A stretch of DNA of 64,000 nucleotides from NCBI GenBank assembly GCA_031835245.2, contig JAVKOQ020000095.1, positions 1 through 64,000 of the forward strand, given 5' to 3'. Both the position numbers and the translations under genes were made by a program. This DNA comes from Balamuthia mandrillaris. Its lineage: Eukaryota. Each line of letters starts with the position of its first letter. Position 1 is the first letter of the stretch. This document shows, piece after piece, positions 1-13,896 of this stretch. The notes below the pieces were generated by a model. The model was not told the origin of the DNA. It saw nothing but the letters and a program-made list of their open reading frames with translations, and did not search any database.

Positions 1-1463
<1,463 letters not shown>

Positions 1464-1588
1464 GTGTAGCAGTTGGGTAGGGTGGGGTTTCCTCTTCTAC
1501 GACTTTCTTCGCTCAGAGCAAAAGCAAGGAACAACAATAGGGCTGAGATATCCATGGGAGGGGAGCACCCCTCAATCAACGAAAATCT

Positions 1589-2260
1589 TTGGCGGGGCAA
1601 ATTTCACACCAACCAGCCGCTGCCACGTCAGCAACGAACACGCACAAGCAGACATGGTGCCCATCCACTCCCTCAGCGAAGCAGAAAGAAGAACCATCCC
1701 TGGATGCAGAAGAAGAGGAAGAAGTGGAAAAACGACGAAGATCTTCTGAAGTGATGCTGAAGGAACGTCTTTCAAAACAACAACAGGAACAAAGTGAAAA
1801 ACCTTCCGTGGACGAAGCTGTTAAAAGAGCTAAACAAAGAGTACGTGAAAGAATACATCAACAGCAGCAACAGAACAGCCCTTCCTCCCCTGCTTCTCCT
1901 TTGAACAAGAAGATCTCTCTTTCGACAAGATTGAGAGGAGTGATGAAAGGACAACAACCAGCAGAGAGAAGCCCGATGGATGTCAACCGACTGTTGAACC
2001 ACCAAAAGGACCTCAAGAGAGCTTTCGAGGAGGCCGTCAAACAGGCCGATAGAAGAGAGGAAGAAATGGAGCGCAGAGAAAGAGAGTTGGATGAAATGGT
2101 TCTAACGATGAAACAATTGCTGGAACGGAGAAAAGCTGATGCAACAGATGAAGACGAAGAAGAGGATGAGGAAGATAGTTCTTCTTTTGACAAGGACCGC
2201 ACGTTTTTCCTGCTGAGAACGTTCTATTGTTTTCCCACGCAAATGCTTGGCCAAAGCTGA
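1589..2260 (+). CDS. Hypothetical coiled-coil protein; start uncertain
   Basis: 223-aa charged, helical ORF with no recognised domain. The first in-frame ATG is near 1754. One extra G in the G-run near 1560 would bring the ATG at 1554 into frame. Confidence 0.4.
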   Translation: MAGQISHQPAAATSATNTHKQTWCPSTPSAKQKEEPSLDAEEEEEVEKRRRSSEVMLKERLSKQQQEQSEKPSVDEAVKRAKQRVRERIHQQQQQNSPSSPASPLNKKISLSTRLRGVMKGQQPAERSPMDVNRLLNHQKDLKRAFEEAVKQADRREEEMERRERELDEMVLTMKQLLERRKADATDEDEEEDEEDSSSFDKDRTFFLLRTFYCFPTQMLGQS

Positions 2261-2587
2261 AAGGCCCTTCCTTCCGGAACGTTGCATCATTGACTGTTGA
2301 ACACGAGAAAGCGAAAGTTTAGTTTCTTGTGCGGCTGTTTGGTGCGGCCCCAATAGACAGCGCCACGAAAGCAACCGAAGAGGTCCCAATAGGCAGAAGC
2401 AGTGCCCTTTTCAGGTGGGAAAGCCTCCATGGGGGACTTGACTTAGAAAGTTTCGTTGGATCGCTCTCAACTTTCCGCTGTCGCAGCTAGTTGTCGACAG
2501 TAACTGACATAATGGCGACAACCTACGAATTTTTTGTTTCTCGGCTTTTTGTTTTTTTGTTGGGAAGGAAAGAGAGAGAAAGCAGTC

Positions 2588-3269
2588 ATGGAAGGGTCCT
2601 CATCCTCGTCTTGTGCTCACAAGGTTGTGTTGTTGCGCCACGGTGAAAGCCAGTGGAACAAGGAGAACCGTTTCACTGGATGGGCTGACGTGCCTCTCTC
2701 TGACAAAGGCCTGGAAGAGGCCCACCAAGCAGCCAAGGTAATCATCACCGACCTCGTGCATCACTGCCTTTTCTTCTTTGTCGTCACCCTCTCTTAGACC
2801 AACTGTGTTTTTACAATCTGTAGAGCCTCAAGGAAGGTGGCTACGTCTTTGACGTAGCCTTCACCAGCGTGCTCAAGAGAGCCATCAAAACCCTGTGGAT
2901 CGTGCAGGAAGACCTGGACCTCATGTGGATTCCTGTAGTGCGCTCCTGGCGTTTGAACGAGCGCATGTACGGTTCTCTTCAGGGTCCGTCTTCCGTCTTT
3001 GGTTTTATGTTGTTGCGTCAATGCTTTAGTCACTCACTCCTTGTGCACCCCTTCATGTTGCTTTTTTTTTTAAAAAAAAAAAAGGTCTGAACAAGTCAGA
3101 GACTGCTGAAAAGCATGGCGAGGAACAGGTGAAGATCTGGAGACGTGCCTATGATATTCCTCCTCCCGCTCTGGACGAGAATGACGAGAGATACCCTGGC
3201 AAGGAGCCCAGATACCGTGAACTCACACCTGAGCAGATCCCCAAATCTGAAAGCTTAAAGTTGACAGGT

Positions 3270-3352
<83 letters not shown>

Positions 3353-3750
3353 CTTTTAGTCACTCTACTCGTTCTTTCGTTGTAAAGTGGAACGCTTTTT
3401 GCCTTACTGGCACGAGACCATCGCTCCTGAGATCAAGGCTGGCAAGAAGGTCCTGATCGCTGCCCATGGAAACAGTCTTCGTGCCCTTGTGAAGTACCTC
3501 GACAACATCTCAGAGGAGGACATTGTGGAGCTCAACATCCCCACTGGTATTCCTCTTGTGTACGCTGCAGTCCCCTCTCCTATTCTACCATCCTCTTTCA
3601 CTCTTTCTTTTTCTCTTTCTCACCCATCATACCAGGTACGAGTTGGACAAGGACCTGAAGCCCATCCGTCACTACTATCTTGGTGATGAGGAAACCGTCC
3701 GTCAGGCGCAGGCCAGCGTGGCCGCCCAAGGCAAGGCCAAGAGCAACTAA
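2588..3750 (+). CDS. gpmA: 2,3-bisphosphoglycerate-dependent phosphoglycerate mutase, multi-exon
   Basis: [80 protein letters not shown]-terminus [10 protein letters not shown]. Confidence 0.96.
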
Positions 3751-4161
3751 ACTGGGAGTGTTATCGTGGTGGTTAGTTTTGCAAATACAAACTACCCACG
3801 TGTTCACTTTTTTTTTTTTGTTTACAAGGGAGAAAGTGAGGAGGGCAGTGACAACAAAGAGGGGAGTTCATGAGAATGAGAAGCAACGCGGGGTCACGTC
3901 TTATTTACAATCCACAGCAAAACAACAAGAAAAAAAAAAAGGAGGGAAGGAGAGGAGAGGAGAGGAGAGTGGGATGGATTTTTCAAAAAAAAAGATAAAA
4001 AGGCTTGTCCCCCTTTTTGCTTGGTTGAGTGCTGTTGATGTTTGCTTGACGGCGCGCAAAGGAGAAAAAAGAAAAGAGAAGAAGAGAGATAAAAACCACC
4101 ACGTAGTGGGGGGGCGAAAAAATGAGGGGGCGTATTGTTTGCAAAAAAGGCTGAGTGAAGT

Positions 4162-5047
<886 letters not shown>

Positions 5048-5600
5048 GTTGGTGTTGGTGCTGAAAAAAAAATAGAGAGAGAGAAAGAGAACTGTTTTTG
5101 TTTGTTTGTTTGTTTGTTCAACGTCTACTGCTGCCGCCCCTTTTTCCTTTTCTTTTGCGAAAAGAAAAAAAAAACGGGGAAGTGCCCTCGCTTCACGGGT
5201 GTGGTGGACAAAAAGGACACTAAACCCGGAAAATTTGGACGGCATTCGGAGGGAAGTTCCCTCCTTTGTTGGCAAAATTAGGCGGCGGTGACTCCTTAGA
5301 CGTTGGCTTCTGTGTCCTCAAAAATTGTGTGCTTTTTTTTTTTCGCTCCTCTTGTGATCCTGCAGACACAGAGAACAGGCACTGCTGGAACCAGCTAACG
5401 CCTCGGCCCACCGTGGTGAGGGAAACGTCGGCAAACCAATTGTTTCGTAGTTCTTCTGGGGGCATATCGTCTTTCTTCTGAAGGATCCATTCCGTTCCAC
5501 ATGTTATCCTTAGAGGTCATCAACGCTGACCAATTTCTTCGCAATCTAGATCTCATTTTTCAACGCGAAAACACAAAACCCCCCCCCCAAACCACCCCAT

Positions 5601-6036
5601 AACAGTGTGGCCTAGTTGGCTCAAGCTCTTTTTCAGGATGCTGATGGGCACAAGTGAGGTAGAGGCAGGAGAAGTAGCAAAGGCGCCAGACTCTCGTATG
5701 ACTCCTGGTTGTTGAAGAAGGCCTTCAAAGAGGGGGGTCTTGTGCCACTTCAACAAACATCAAACACGGTGTTCCAGGGGTGCAATCCCCTTTGTCCGGT
5801 CAGGTATCTTGTAGCAGCAGAACCTCTTTCTAAGCAGGGGTGGCTTTCTTCTTCGGGACCGGCTGTCTTGTGATGAGCATCCTTGAGCCTACTTTCTTCG
5901 GAAGCTTTGCTGGCGCGCAGAAACACACAGTCTGCTGGGTATCCGGTTCCCGAAGCAGCTGGTGCGGTCGCCATCTCGCTAAGCGAAGAACTCCGACTGC
6001 TGTTGAGGAGTCATTGGGCCAATGATTTTTTTTTTT
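5601..6036 (+). ncRNA. Candidate structured ncRNA of about 400 nt, possibly Pol III; family unassigned
   Basis: A-box-like TGGCCTAGTTGG at 5608-5619, several long-range complementary segments, a T-loop-like hairpin at 5777-5790, a terminal hairpin and T11. No credible ORF. Confidence 0.3.
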
Positions 6037-6255
6037 GTTTGGGCTGCAAAGAAAGTTTTTTTTTATTTTCAACGGGTTATGTACAAGTGCAGAGGTTCAA
6101 GTGTGTGGGCCATCGCGGAGTTGAAAAACAAAACAGGTGCAGGTAAAAAGGAGGAGCGACGGGGCGCGCGGTAGAACAAATACACCTGAGAAAAGTTGGC
6201 AGGAGGCGGCTTTACAATACACGGAGTAGTGGCAGAGACAACGGGTGGCCCTCTC

Positions 6256-7321
6256 CTACATGTCCATTGCCTGCGCTAGGGAGTAGTCCCACTCGTCACT
6301 GCATATCGACGCATATTTTTTTCATAGTAAGTAAATCTCTGCACTTTCATCTAAAAGATCTGAAAAAAGTCATACCGTAAATAGGGCTCCTCCTCGTAGT
6401 CATATTCGTCCAACTCAGCGCCAAGCGAGACGTCACTATGGGACGAGAGGAGCAGCTTGCTGACCGCACGGCAGGTGAAGAACAGAACCCTGCGCAGCTT
6501 TTTGTTGAAAAAGAAGTAATTGAAGCACCACCTACAGCGGAGAAGCAAAAAGACCAACGTTAACATGATCATACAAGTTAGAAGTTGAAAGCACAAAAGG
6601 GGGAAATAGTGTACAAGTTCCCCTCTTCACAGAAAGGGTCCGAGTCAGGATCTGGGATGTAGCTATAGATAACGCAGTCACGTAAGTGCATCTCCTCATC
6701 CATCACGCCCCACATTTTTGACGCAAACTGTTGATAGTCTGGAAATCCTATCGCCAGAACTGTGTTGATGTTGTTAACCACGAGCTGCAGCTCATCCTTT
6801 TTGAACTGTTCAGGTTTTACACCACTGCAAGAAGATCCTCGGTTAGCACGCTCGCAAGAGGCTAGGGGAAAAAAAAGGGGAACTCTGTTGAGGACAAATA
6901 AAAGAAAGGCAAACGCACCTAAAGTCATAGTCTGGGAAGGACGCATTGAGAGTCGAGATCAACGAAATAAAGGTACGCCTCGATGTGCTCAGTGACAGTG
7001 GTCCAAACGGTGAAGTCGAGAGCTCAGGGGAGAGGACGGGCGATCTGGCTAACTCTTCGTATTGTTTGTCCAACTCTTTGTACAGCTTTTTATCCGAGCC
7101 CGCTCTTTTACCTGTCAAACCCAAGAAATGAAGAAAGTTAGTTTAGGTGGAGGAAAAAAAATAATCGTAGAGAGAATCAGATGAAAATCTTCATCAGATT
7201 CAAAGATGAAAAACGTACATGTAAAGAGCTCGAAACGGCCATAAATAAGACTGTCACCAGCGTCCACCCCATCCATGCACTCTGTCAGGTGCAAGAAATT
7301 TGCGAGCTCTAGAAACTTCAT
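6256..7321 (-). CDS. MAF1: Maf1, repressor of RNA polymerase III, multi-exon
   Basis: MKFLE...GRFELFTC, KRAGSDKKLYK, SPFGPLSLSTSRRTFISLISTLNASFPDYDF, IYSYIPDPDSDPF, WCFNYFFFNKKLRRVLFF, acidic tail ending QAMDM*. Confidence 0.93.
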
Positions 7322-8196
7322 CCTTTCGAAGCAGTTCTAAGGTTTGTACGGGTTGTTTGTTGTGTTGTCGTTGGTCTTTTGGTGGTTGTTTTTCGTTTCT
7401 TAGCAGCAACACCCACTTATCATAACAAATCCCCACGTTGCACTGATTCGTCTGTTCTCTATCCTCCACCAAAACATTCAAAAACACCACCAACCTTCTT
7501 CGTTTAAAAGAAAACGGCTCTCTTCGTCTGATAGTAGTAGTAGTAGACTAGAGAAGAAAAATTATAAAAAAGGGCAAGTATTCCACCAAAACAAAAAAAA
7601 GAATCTTTCTTCTTCAACGGCAACCCTCCTCCTCTTCTTCCTCTCTTTGAACCAAAAGCCTTTTTGTTCGCTCTGTCGTGCTTCTTCTTATTTTCCCCTT
7701 CTCTTTGCGCTGTAGTGCTTCTGTGCCTCTCTTTCGTGCTACTTTTCTGGGTGAAACCGATCGCCAAATTTTACTTCAAAAAAATTAAAGAAAAGTTGAC
7801 CGTTTGAGGATATTTCGCTTTGAGGCGACACAGCACTTTCGAGGAAGGTTGCCAGGGTTACCCCTACGCACCATCAACCTCATAGCATAGCTGACGTGTG
7901 GCTCTAACAATGATTCGCCCTCTGTTGGGGGATGAAAGGGGGAAAAAGAAATGGGCAGAAGAAAAAAAGGAGTCAGGGAGGAGATCATCGTTTTGGAGGA
8001 GGAGAGGAAGCTATGTTCAACCCCTATCTTCTTGGTCGTGAGCAACAAGCATATCAAAGCAGTATTTCTCTATACCCAAAAGAGAGAGAGAAAGAAAGAA
8101 AAAGAGAGCAGAAATTGTAGTTTGAGCTAAAATAAAAATAGGAAAGCCTTTGGTATTTACTACGTGGTGTACTCATATGACCGCAGCTAGAGATGT

Positions 8197-8620
8197 TTAG
8201 TGGTGCTCGCCGGAAGCTACTGGCTTGAAGAGAGGAGTTTTGCCATCCCCCCAGGGGTACTGCTTCTTGTTGATGCTCATGTAGGGGTACTCATGGCGAG
8301 GGGCGGAGTCGTGGCTCATGCGGGCCAAGTAGACATGGAAGAGAACCACAGTGGTAATTCCACCTATGGAGTAGTACAACCAAGTGCGAGGGTCGTGAGC
8401 CGCTGAAACGTAGAAGAACCAAGAGAAAAAAGAAGTATCAAAAATCTCGGGTGAGGGGCATGAAAAATTTTCTCTTTTAAAAAAATAATAACGAACCATC
8501 ATGGTGCTGTTCTTTTACAACGACATCCGCAGTGGAGCTGAAGGTCCTCCTCTGAACCAGTCTGGAGGAGGTTGTGAGGGAAGGGCGAGGAGAAGCGAAA
8601 AGGGCACGCCTTAGGGACAT
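8197..8620 (-). CDS. COX6A: Cytochrome c oxidase subunit VIa-like protein, 2 exons
   Basis: Mitochondrial presequence-like start MSLRRALFASPRPSLTTSSRLVQRRTFSS, one TM segment, and EYPYMSINKKQYPWGDGKTPLF. Confidence 0.8.
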
Positions 8621-8965
8621 GATCAATCAAGTCGTCTTTTTTTTTTTGTTTTTGCTTTGTGCTTTTCGGTCCGGAACTGTTCGCAATTTTTGTCGACTTA
8701 CCAACAAAAAAAGTTGCAATAGAGCTATTATGTTGAGGGTACTTCTTACCCCGCTTGCAGAGTGGAACTACTCTTTTATGCCTGTGCAGCATAATGTAGA
8801 CCGTTGGTGTTCTACATACAGCCAGTGGCGGAAGTGGTCTTGAAACATTCTTGCTTTTAATGAACACTGGTTACGATTCAGTGATGGATATATTCAATTC
8901 ATCGGGGCAGTTTGGCTTCACCCGGAGGGTCGCATGGCGGTAGCGTGTTATGAGGGGTATGGGTA

Positions 8966-9079
8966 CTGTAGCCCAGCAGGGTGGACATAAGTGTTGAGGA
9001 GTCATGTATTATCCCACACAGACAAAGGGGAAATAGTGTGACGTGTAATCTTGGTTTTGTCTACCCTGCGGCGCTACAG
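8966..9079. mobile_element. Small inverted-repeat element (MITE-like), 114 bp, flanked by TA
   Basis: Left end CTGTAGCCCAGCAGGGTGGACA versus reverse complement of right end CTGTAGCGCCGCAGGGTAGACA (3 mismatches in 22). TA at 8964-8965 and 9080-9081. Confidence 0.45.
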
Positions 9080-9250
9080 TATGGGTACTGTGGGCCTAGA
9101 GCGCGACATTACCTAACATGCCTTTCGCCTTCTACTTCCTTCCCACCACCAGGTTGTGAAACAACGCAATACCCCTCCTTCATTCTTTACATTCTTGAGC
9201 CGGAGAGGACCCGTTCCTCCTCCCACGGGAAATTTTCATTTCCGCAATCT

Positions 9251-9310
9251 GGCGCCGTAGTTAAGTGGTAAAATTCTCGCTTCGGGTGCGTTCGATTCCG
9301 GGCGGCGCCC
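9251..9310 (+). pseudogene. tRNA-Pro(CGG)-derived sequence with an internal deletion of about 12 nt
   Basis: Acceptor stem GGCGCCG/CGGCGCC, D region TAGTTAAGTGGTAA, anticodon arm CTCGC-TTCGGGT-GCG joined directly to TTCGATTCC. The variable loop and 5' T-stem are missing. Confidence 0.75.
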
Positions 9311-9564
9311 ACAAAACTTTTTGATTTTATCTGTTGATTTTTAATTCATTTTTTCCAGGTTGTCCGGTGCTCACGTGTTAAATATATTGTCCAGCACACA
9401 CCAATCACAACCGAACCCCAGATCATTTTCGTTGAAGCTTCAATGTTGGCCCTACTTATAGACAATCAGGCTGAGCAAAAATCATGTGGGATGCATTATT
9501 AAGAGGTTGTCGTTGCGGAGTCTTGAAAAGCTCCTGTCAAGCGGAGGAAAAGAAGCAACATAAG

Positions 9565-11283
9565 ATGACCACCAGAAGCCTGGCACAATATGCAACACTT
9601 TGTTTTTGCATTCTCGGCCTTACCTCTTTGACCCTCCATCTATATCTTTATGTCTCCTCTGCTCATCTTCCTGCCTCAACAGAAACGAAGCTCCTCCACC
9701 CTGCAGCTGGCCTTCCCTCCATGCAAGAGCAGGAGGGATTTCCTTCTTCTTTGTGGACCGGTCCTCTCTTCCACATCCAATGGAATGATGCCCGTCTCTC
9801 CTCAAACGGACTCTTTCGTGTGGTCACTGCTGCAGAAGACCATCGCTCATTCCCTCCGCCTCGACAACTCACCCGCGGAGCCTATCGCCGTATTTTTCCT
9901 CACACCAAAAAACCACACAAACGAATTTTTCAGTTTCATGCGGTTATCCATGGTAACCTCACCTTCACGCCAACTTCTGAAGTCTTTTCAACAGGCGAGC
10001 TTTGGACCTATCACAACGATGCCTTGGCATCCTTTGTGGCACCAGACGCCTTCCTACTGAAAAAGAGGCCAGCCATCAACTGCATCGCCCAACAACCGTT
10101 GGGAAGAGAGTTTCGCCACAAGTATGGGGCAGTGTGGATGGACTTTGTCATCCGCTGCGCCTTTGACATCCCTCCCGAAGCCCTTGAGGATGCCTTCTGT
10201 CACCATCCAGATTCTTCACCCTCTTCACCATCCTCTTCATCGGCATCAACCAGAAGAAACAAGAAGTGCAAAGCAGGACATTTCGTCATTCATGCCACCG
10301 ATGACGTGGTTTTGTTTCCTGTGGATGAAGTTCTGCACTTTCCCACGCTCTGGAACGCTTTACCGCAGGCCCCATCGAGACTTGACCAGGCGCACGCGTT
10401 TGCTGCTGCTCCTTGGCGGGTTCCGCCAACTCACTCTCGTTCCAACGAACCACCGTTCTGGCCAATTGAGAGAGCAGCTGGAGAGGAGGCTAATATCAGT
10501 GTGTGCACGTTTGTGGTGAAGAAATACACCTGGACTGGCGACGACGAGCTGTGGCTGCAATGGATGGTGGATGTGGTGGGAGTGGATCGAGTGTTCATCA
10601 ACCTCTTCGCCCAGCCAAATGAACGGCTGCCCTCAGCTGAGACCCTGCGGGCGAGGTTGGCCACACACCATTCAGCACTGGTGGATCGGGTGGTGTTTGT
10701 GGAGACCCATGTACCAGGCACGCATGAGACACACGAGCATATGCTCCAGGCCATGAACTGGGATGCATTCTTGCGATGGCAAGGCGAATGTCAATACGCT
10801 TTCTCCTTGGACACGGATGAGTTTGTGCAACTCTATTCTTCGAAAGAACTGGAGGAGGGCCAACCTCGCCATCGTGTGGACGTGAAGCAGTTCATTGCTG
10901 AACATCCAGAAAAGCTGGAAGGACCAATGAATGTGGCTCACATGGCCCGTTTGAGATTTTCAAGAGAGAAGCCAGCGTCAGAGGAGGAGCCTTTGCTGGG
11001 TGCTTTCCTTGCAAGGGCTGCAAGGTGGGAAGGCAATCTTCCACAGCTTGGGGACTGGCGTGCACACAAGTTGGGCAAAAGCTTGTTTCGAGTGAGGGGT
11101 TCGCTGGAGCCTCATCTTCACACCAACGAAAATGGCAAGAAGACCAAGTTTCCAAAGAGCTTGCCAAGAGAGGTGGCGCACATACTTCACATCCGTGTGA
11201 AACAGGGTATCTTTGACAACGAGGAGACGCGCACTCCTTCTCTTGCTCGGCTTCTGTCGCTGTTTGAAACAACAAACAAATAA
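9565..11283 (+). CDS. Type II membrane glycosyltransferase-like protein (GT-A fold, GT92/GT2-like), apparently intronless
   Basis: N-terminal signal anchor YATLCFCILGLTSLTLHLYLYV, ISVCTFV, WLQWMVDVVGVDRVFI, DxD motif SLDTDEF, late GKS and HILH. An upstream in-frame ATG lies at 9484. Confidence 0.65.
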   Translation: MTTRSLAQYATLCFCILGLTSLTLHLYLYVSSAHLPASTETKLLHPAAGLPSMQEQEGFPSSLWTGPLFHIQWNDARLSSNGLFRVVTAAEDHRSFPPPRQLTRGAYRRIFPHTKKPHKRIFQFHAVIHGNLTFTPTSEVFSTGELWTYHNDALASFVAPDAFLLKKRPAINCIAQQPLGREFRHKYGAVWMDFVIRCAFDIPPEALEDAFCHHPDSSPSSPSSSSASTRRNKKCKAGHFVIHATDDVVLFPVDEVLHFPTLWNALPQAPSRLDQAHAFAAAPWRVPPTHSRSNEPPFWPIERAAGEEANISVCTFVVKKYTWTGDDELWLQWMVDVVGVDRVFINLFAQPNERLPSAETLRARLATHHSALVDRVVFVETHVPGTHETHEHMLQAMNWDAFLRWQGECQYAFSLDTDEFVQLYSSKELEEGQPRHRVDVKQFIAEHPEKLEGPMNVAHMARLRFSREKPASEEEPLLGAFLARAARWEGNLPQLGDWRAHKLGKSLFRVRGSLEPHLHTNENGKKTKFPKSLPREVAHILHIRVKQGIFDNEETRTPSLARLLSLFETTNK

Positions 11284-12678
11284 ATAAAAATATAGGTCAG
11301 TCCTCAGCACCTGAAAACACAGGCGTGCTTGGATGTCTCATCTTTGAATATTCTGTCAGCATGAGGTGGGCAAATGGGCGTCCCAACTGGTAAGATCTGT
11401 GAAAACATAAACAGAAATAATCTAAATTATTGCTACAGCTTCAACACTCGTTGCCAGTCCTTAATGTAGAACAGTAGGTGTGCGCACAACGAGGAAGTGT
11501 TGCGTGGTAAAGATATTATTGTGCAAAAGAAGAAGAAAATATATTACAAGAGAGAAGAGTATAAATGACAACTTGACCCTGTTTATTCAAGTTATTATCA
11601 TCTCTTTTAACATGTTATTTATTAACTTGATTAGAAAACCTACTTTATTGTACTGTTTTTCTCTTTTTCCTTTTTGCTCCTTGAATAATACTTATGACCA
11701 TCTTTGAAAGGAAATAATAAACTGAATTTTCAGTTGTAAATACTTTTAGAAATGAAGCAAAAATCAGTTTGTTTCCTTATAATACGTTTTGGCACAGTCT
11801 ATTTGGGAGGATATTTACTCCTTTCAACACATTAGTTAGACTGAGATCGTGTTGCATACTAGTGGGACTTCTACAACACTTGAAAACATTCTCTTACTTC
11901 CAGACTTGACTGAATACCAACTCTCTGTGTCAGCTTTCACAGACACTGAACAAGCAGTGCTAATCAAATTTGGCCAAACTAGTTCTTTATCATGCCTGTT
12001 ATGTGAGTTTTCTATTACTTCACTTTCTTCCCACTTTCAATATCCTCTCTTCTATTGTAATAGCCTCTGCAGTTTTATTTAGCCCCTGTTGGTTTGCTAT
12101 TTTTTTCTTGTTTGATTTCCTTACATCTCCTTTCAACAACCACAGACAATTCCCATGAAAATCGTTTTCCTTCCTTTTTAGACATGTCTTCTTTCACCTT
12201 GCACCTGTTTTTTGTAGAGTTAACATCTTTCTCAGAAGTTTCTTTTAACTCTACCTGTTTCTCATTTTCTTATTGATCATGTTTGCTCTATGCATCAACT
12301 GGTGTCTCATTGTTCTCAAACTACAGCTGAACTTGTAGTTTTTGCCCTTGGATCTAGAGTCCATGTCAGGCTTTAAAACTCTTCCCTTTAATGAATGTTT
12401 TAACTGACTTTGGCATACTTTTGCATAGTCCTTTTGCGTTTTCTCCTGACTTGTCCTATTTTATTAACAACAATTACAATTTTGAAATGGTTTTCAATGA
12501 TGACATAGCTACTTTTCCTTGTGGCTTTTAAGGGGGCCTGCTCGGGTTCGTCCCACACTCGAAGGGCTACTGCAGGGCATTTTAGCAAAAATTATGGGAT
12601 TTGATATGTGCTGAGGAAGTGCACCAACTGAGCAATGGATGTTGAGAAGTGTTTTATTGAGCTACAGCTTTTGTGCTC

Positions 12679-13865
12679 TCACACTGCAGAGGATCGGGAG
12701 CGGGCCACAACAACCGCAGAAAAAGGAGCCGAGGGCAAAGGTGAAGAGCAGTGAGGCGCAGTGGCTCGTGGCTTGTGAGCCCGCAAGTAGTGTTGAAAGG
12801 CGCTTTGATCGGAGACGAACTCGGCCAAACGCTTCTTCTGGCCCTCCGCGGTGGAATCGCCCTTATAGGTCTTGAAGAGGCCGAAGAGAGTGAGTTGTGC
12901 CTCAAGTGCTTTCCCTTTGAGCTTGCTCACCTCTTCAACTGTGGACACTTTAGCAACAGAAAGATCAAGCGCCGTTTTCTGCTTCTTCTGCTTTGTGTGT
13001 GTGTCCTCTTCAAAGACTGGAGCAAGGCTCTTTTGATGCTTGTCCAGGTAAGCGTCCCCCTTTTTTTTTGAGATTTTTTTCTCTTGCTCCGCTCTGGCCT
13101 TTTGTTGTTGACGCAACCCTTGCTCTCTTTTCTTGAAGGCCTTACTTTGCTTCCTTTTTCGATTTCGCTTCTCCTGTTCATCCAAGTTGTCCAAATGTTG
13201 CTGGACGCTGGTCGTTATATCAAGTTGAATGGGAACAGATTAATAGTAGATAAAAAGTGTTGGATAGAGGCGGTTCAATATCTGCTATTAATCTGTTCCC
13301 ATTCAACTTGATTTTTGGTGTAGGCCTTGATGAGGAGCTTGGTGAAGAGGAGGGCGACGAAGAGGAGGTCGGCAAAGAGGAGGTTGGCGAAGAGGAGGTC
13401 GGCGAAGAGGTTGTCAAAGAGGTCAGTGAAGAGGTTGACAAAAAAGTGGTTGGCAAGTGGCTCAAGAAGGAGGGTACCATACATGCTGGGATGCTCAAGG
13501 AGCCTGCTGGTGAGTGACGAAGCAAGGCAGGGAGTGCAAACGAAGGTATGGTTAAAGAAGAGGATGGGGTACGCAAAGAGCTCAGTGACTCAGCAGCTTC
13601 CTTTTGCTGAGCTTTCTTTTCCTCTTCTTCTTTTAGGCACTTGTTTCGGTGGCATTGCTTTCTTTCTTTCTGGAGCTGCCTTTTTCGCCGTGTCTTGGCT
13701 CCTTGTTCCTCCTTTTCTTGTTGTTGCTGCGCTCTATGACGCCTTTGGCTCTTAGCCACCTGCTTCCGTCGTTTTTCTTTCTGGAGCTGGCACTGTTCTT
13801 TTGAGGGCAAGGGCAAGGGCAAGGGCGAGGGCGAGGGCGAGGGCGAGGGCGAGGGCGAGGGCGAG

Positions 13866-13896
<31 letters not shown>

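Noticed and set aside
5601..6004. Assignment of the structured region to RNase P, MRP, SRP, U3 or telomerase RNA
   Set aside because: The expected conserved boxes (P4 strands, SRP helix 8 GNRA, U3 box A, a CCCUAA template) were not found, so it is left unassigned.
11400..12527. AT-rich, CpG-poor stretch as a specific TE or gene
   Set aside because: Probably decayed repeat DNA, but no termini or protein motifs could be supported.
13803..13895. (GAGGGC)n tract as a telomere-like or CRISPR-like repeat
   Set aside because: A simple hexamer encoding (SP)n in the cargo ORF; no spacers and not terminal.
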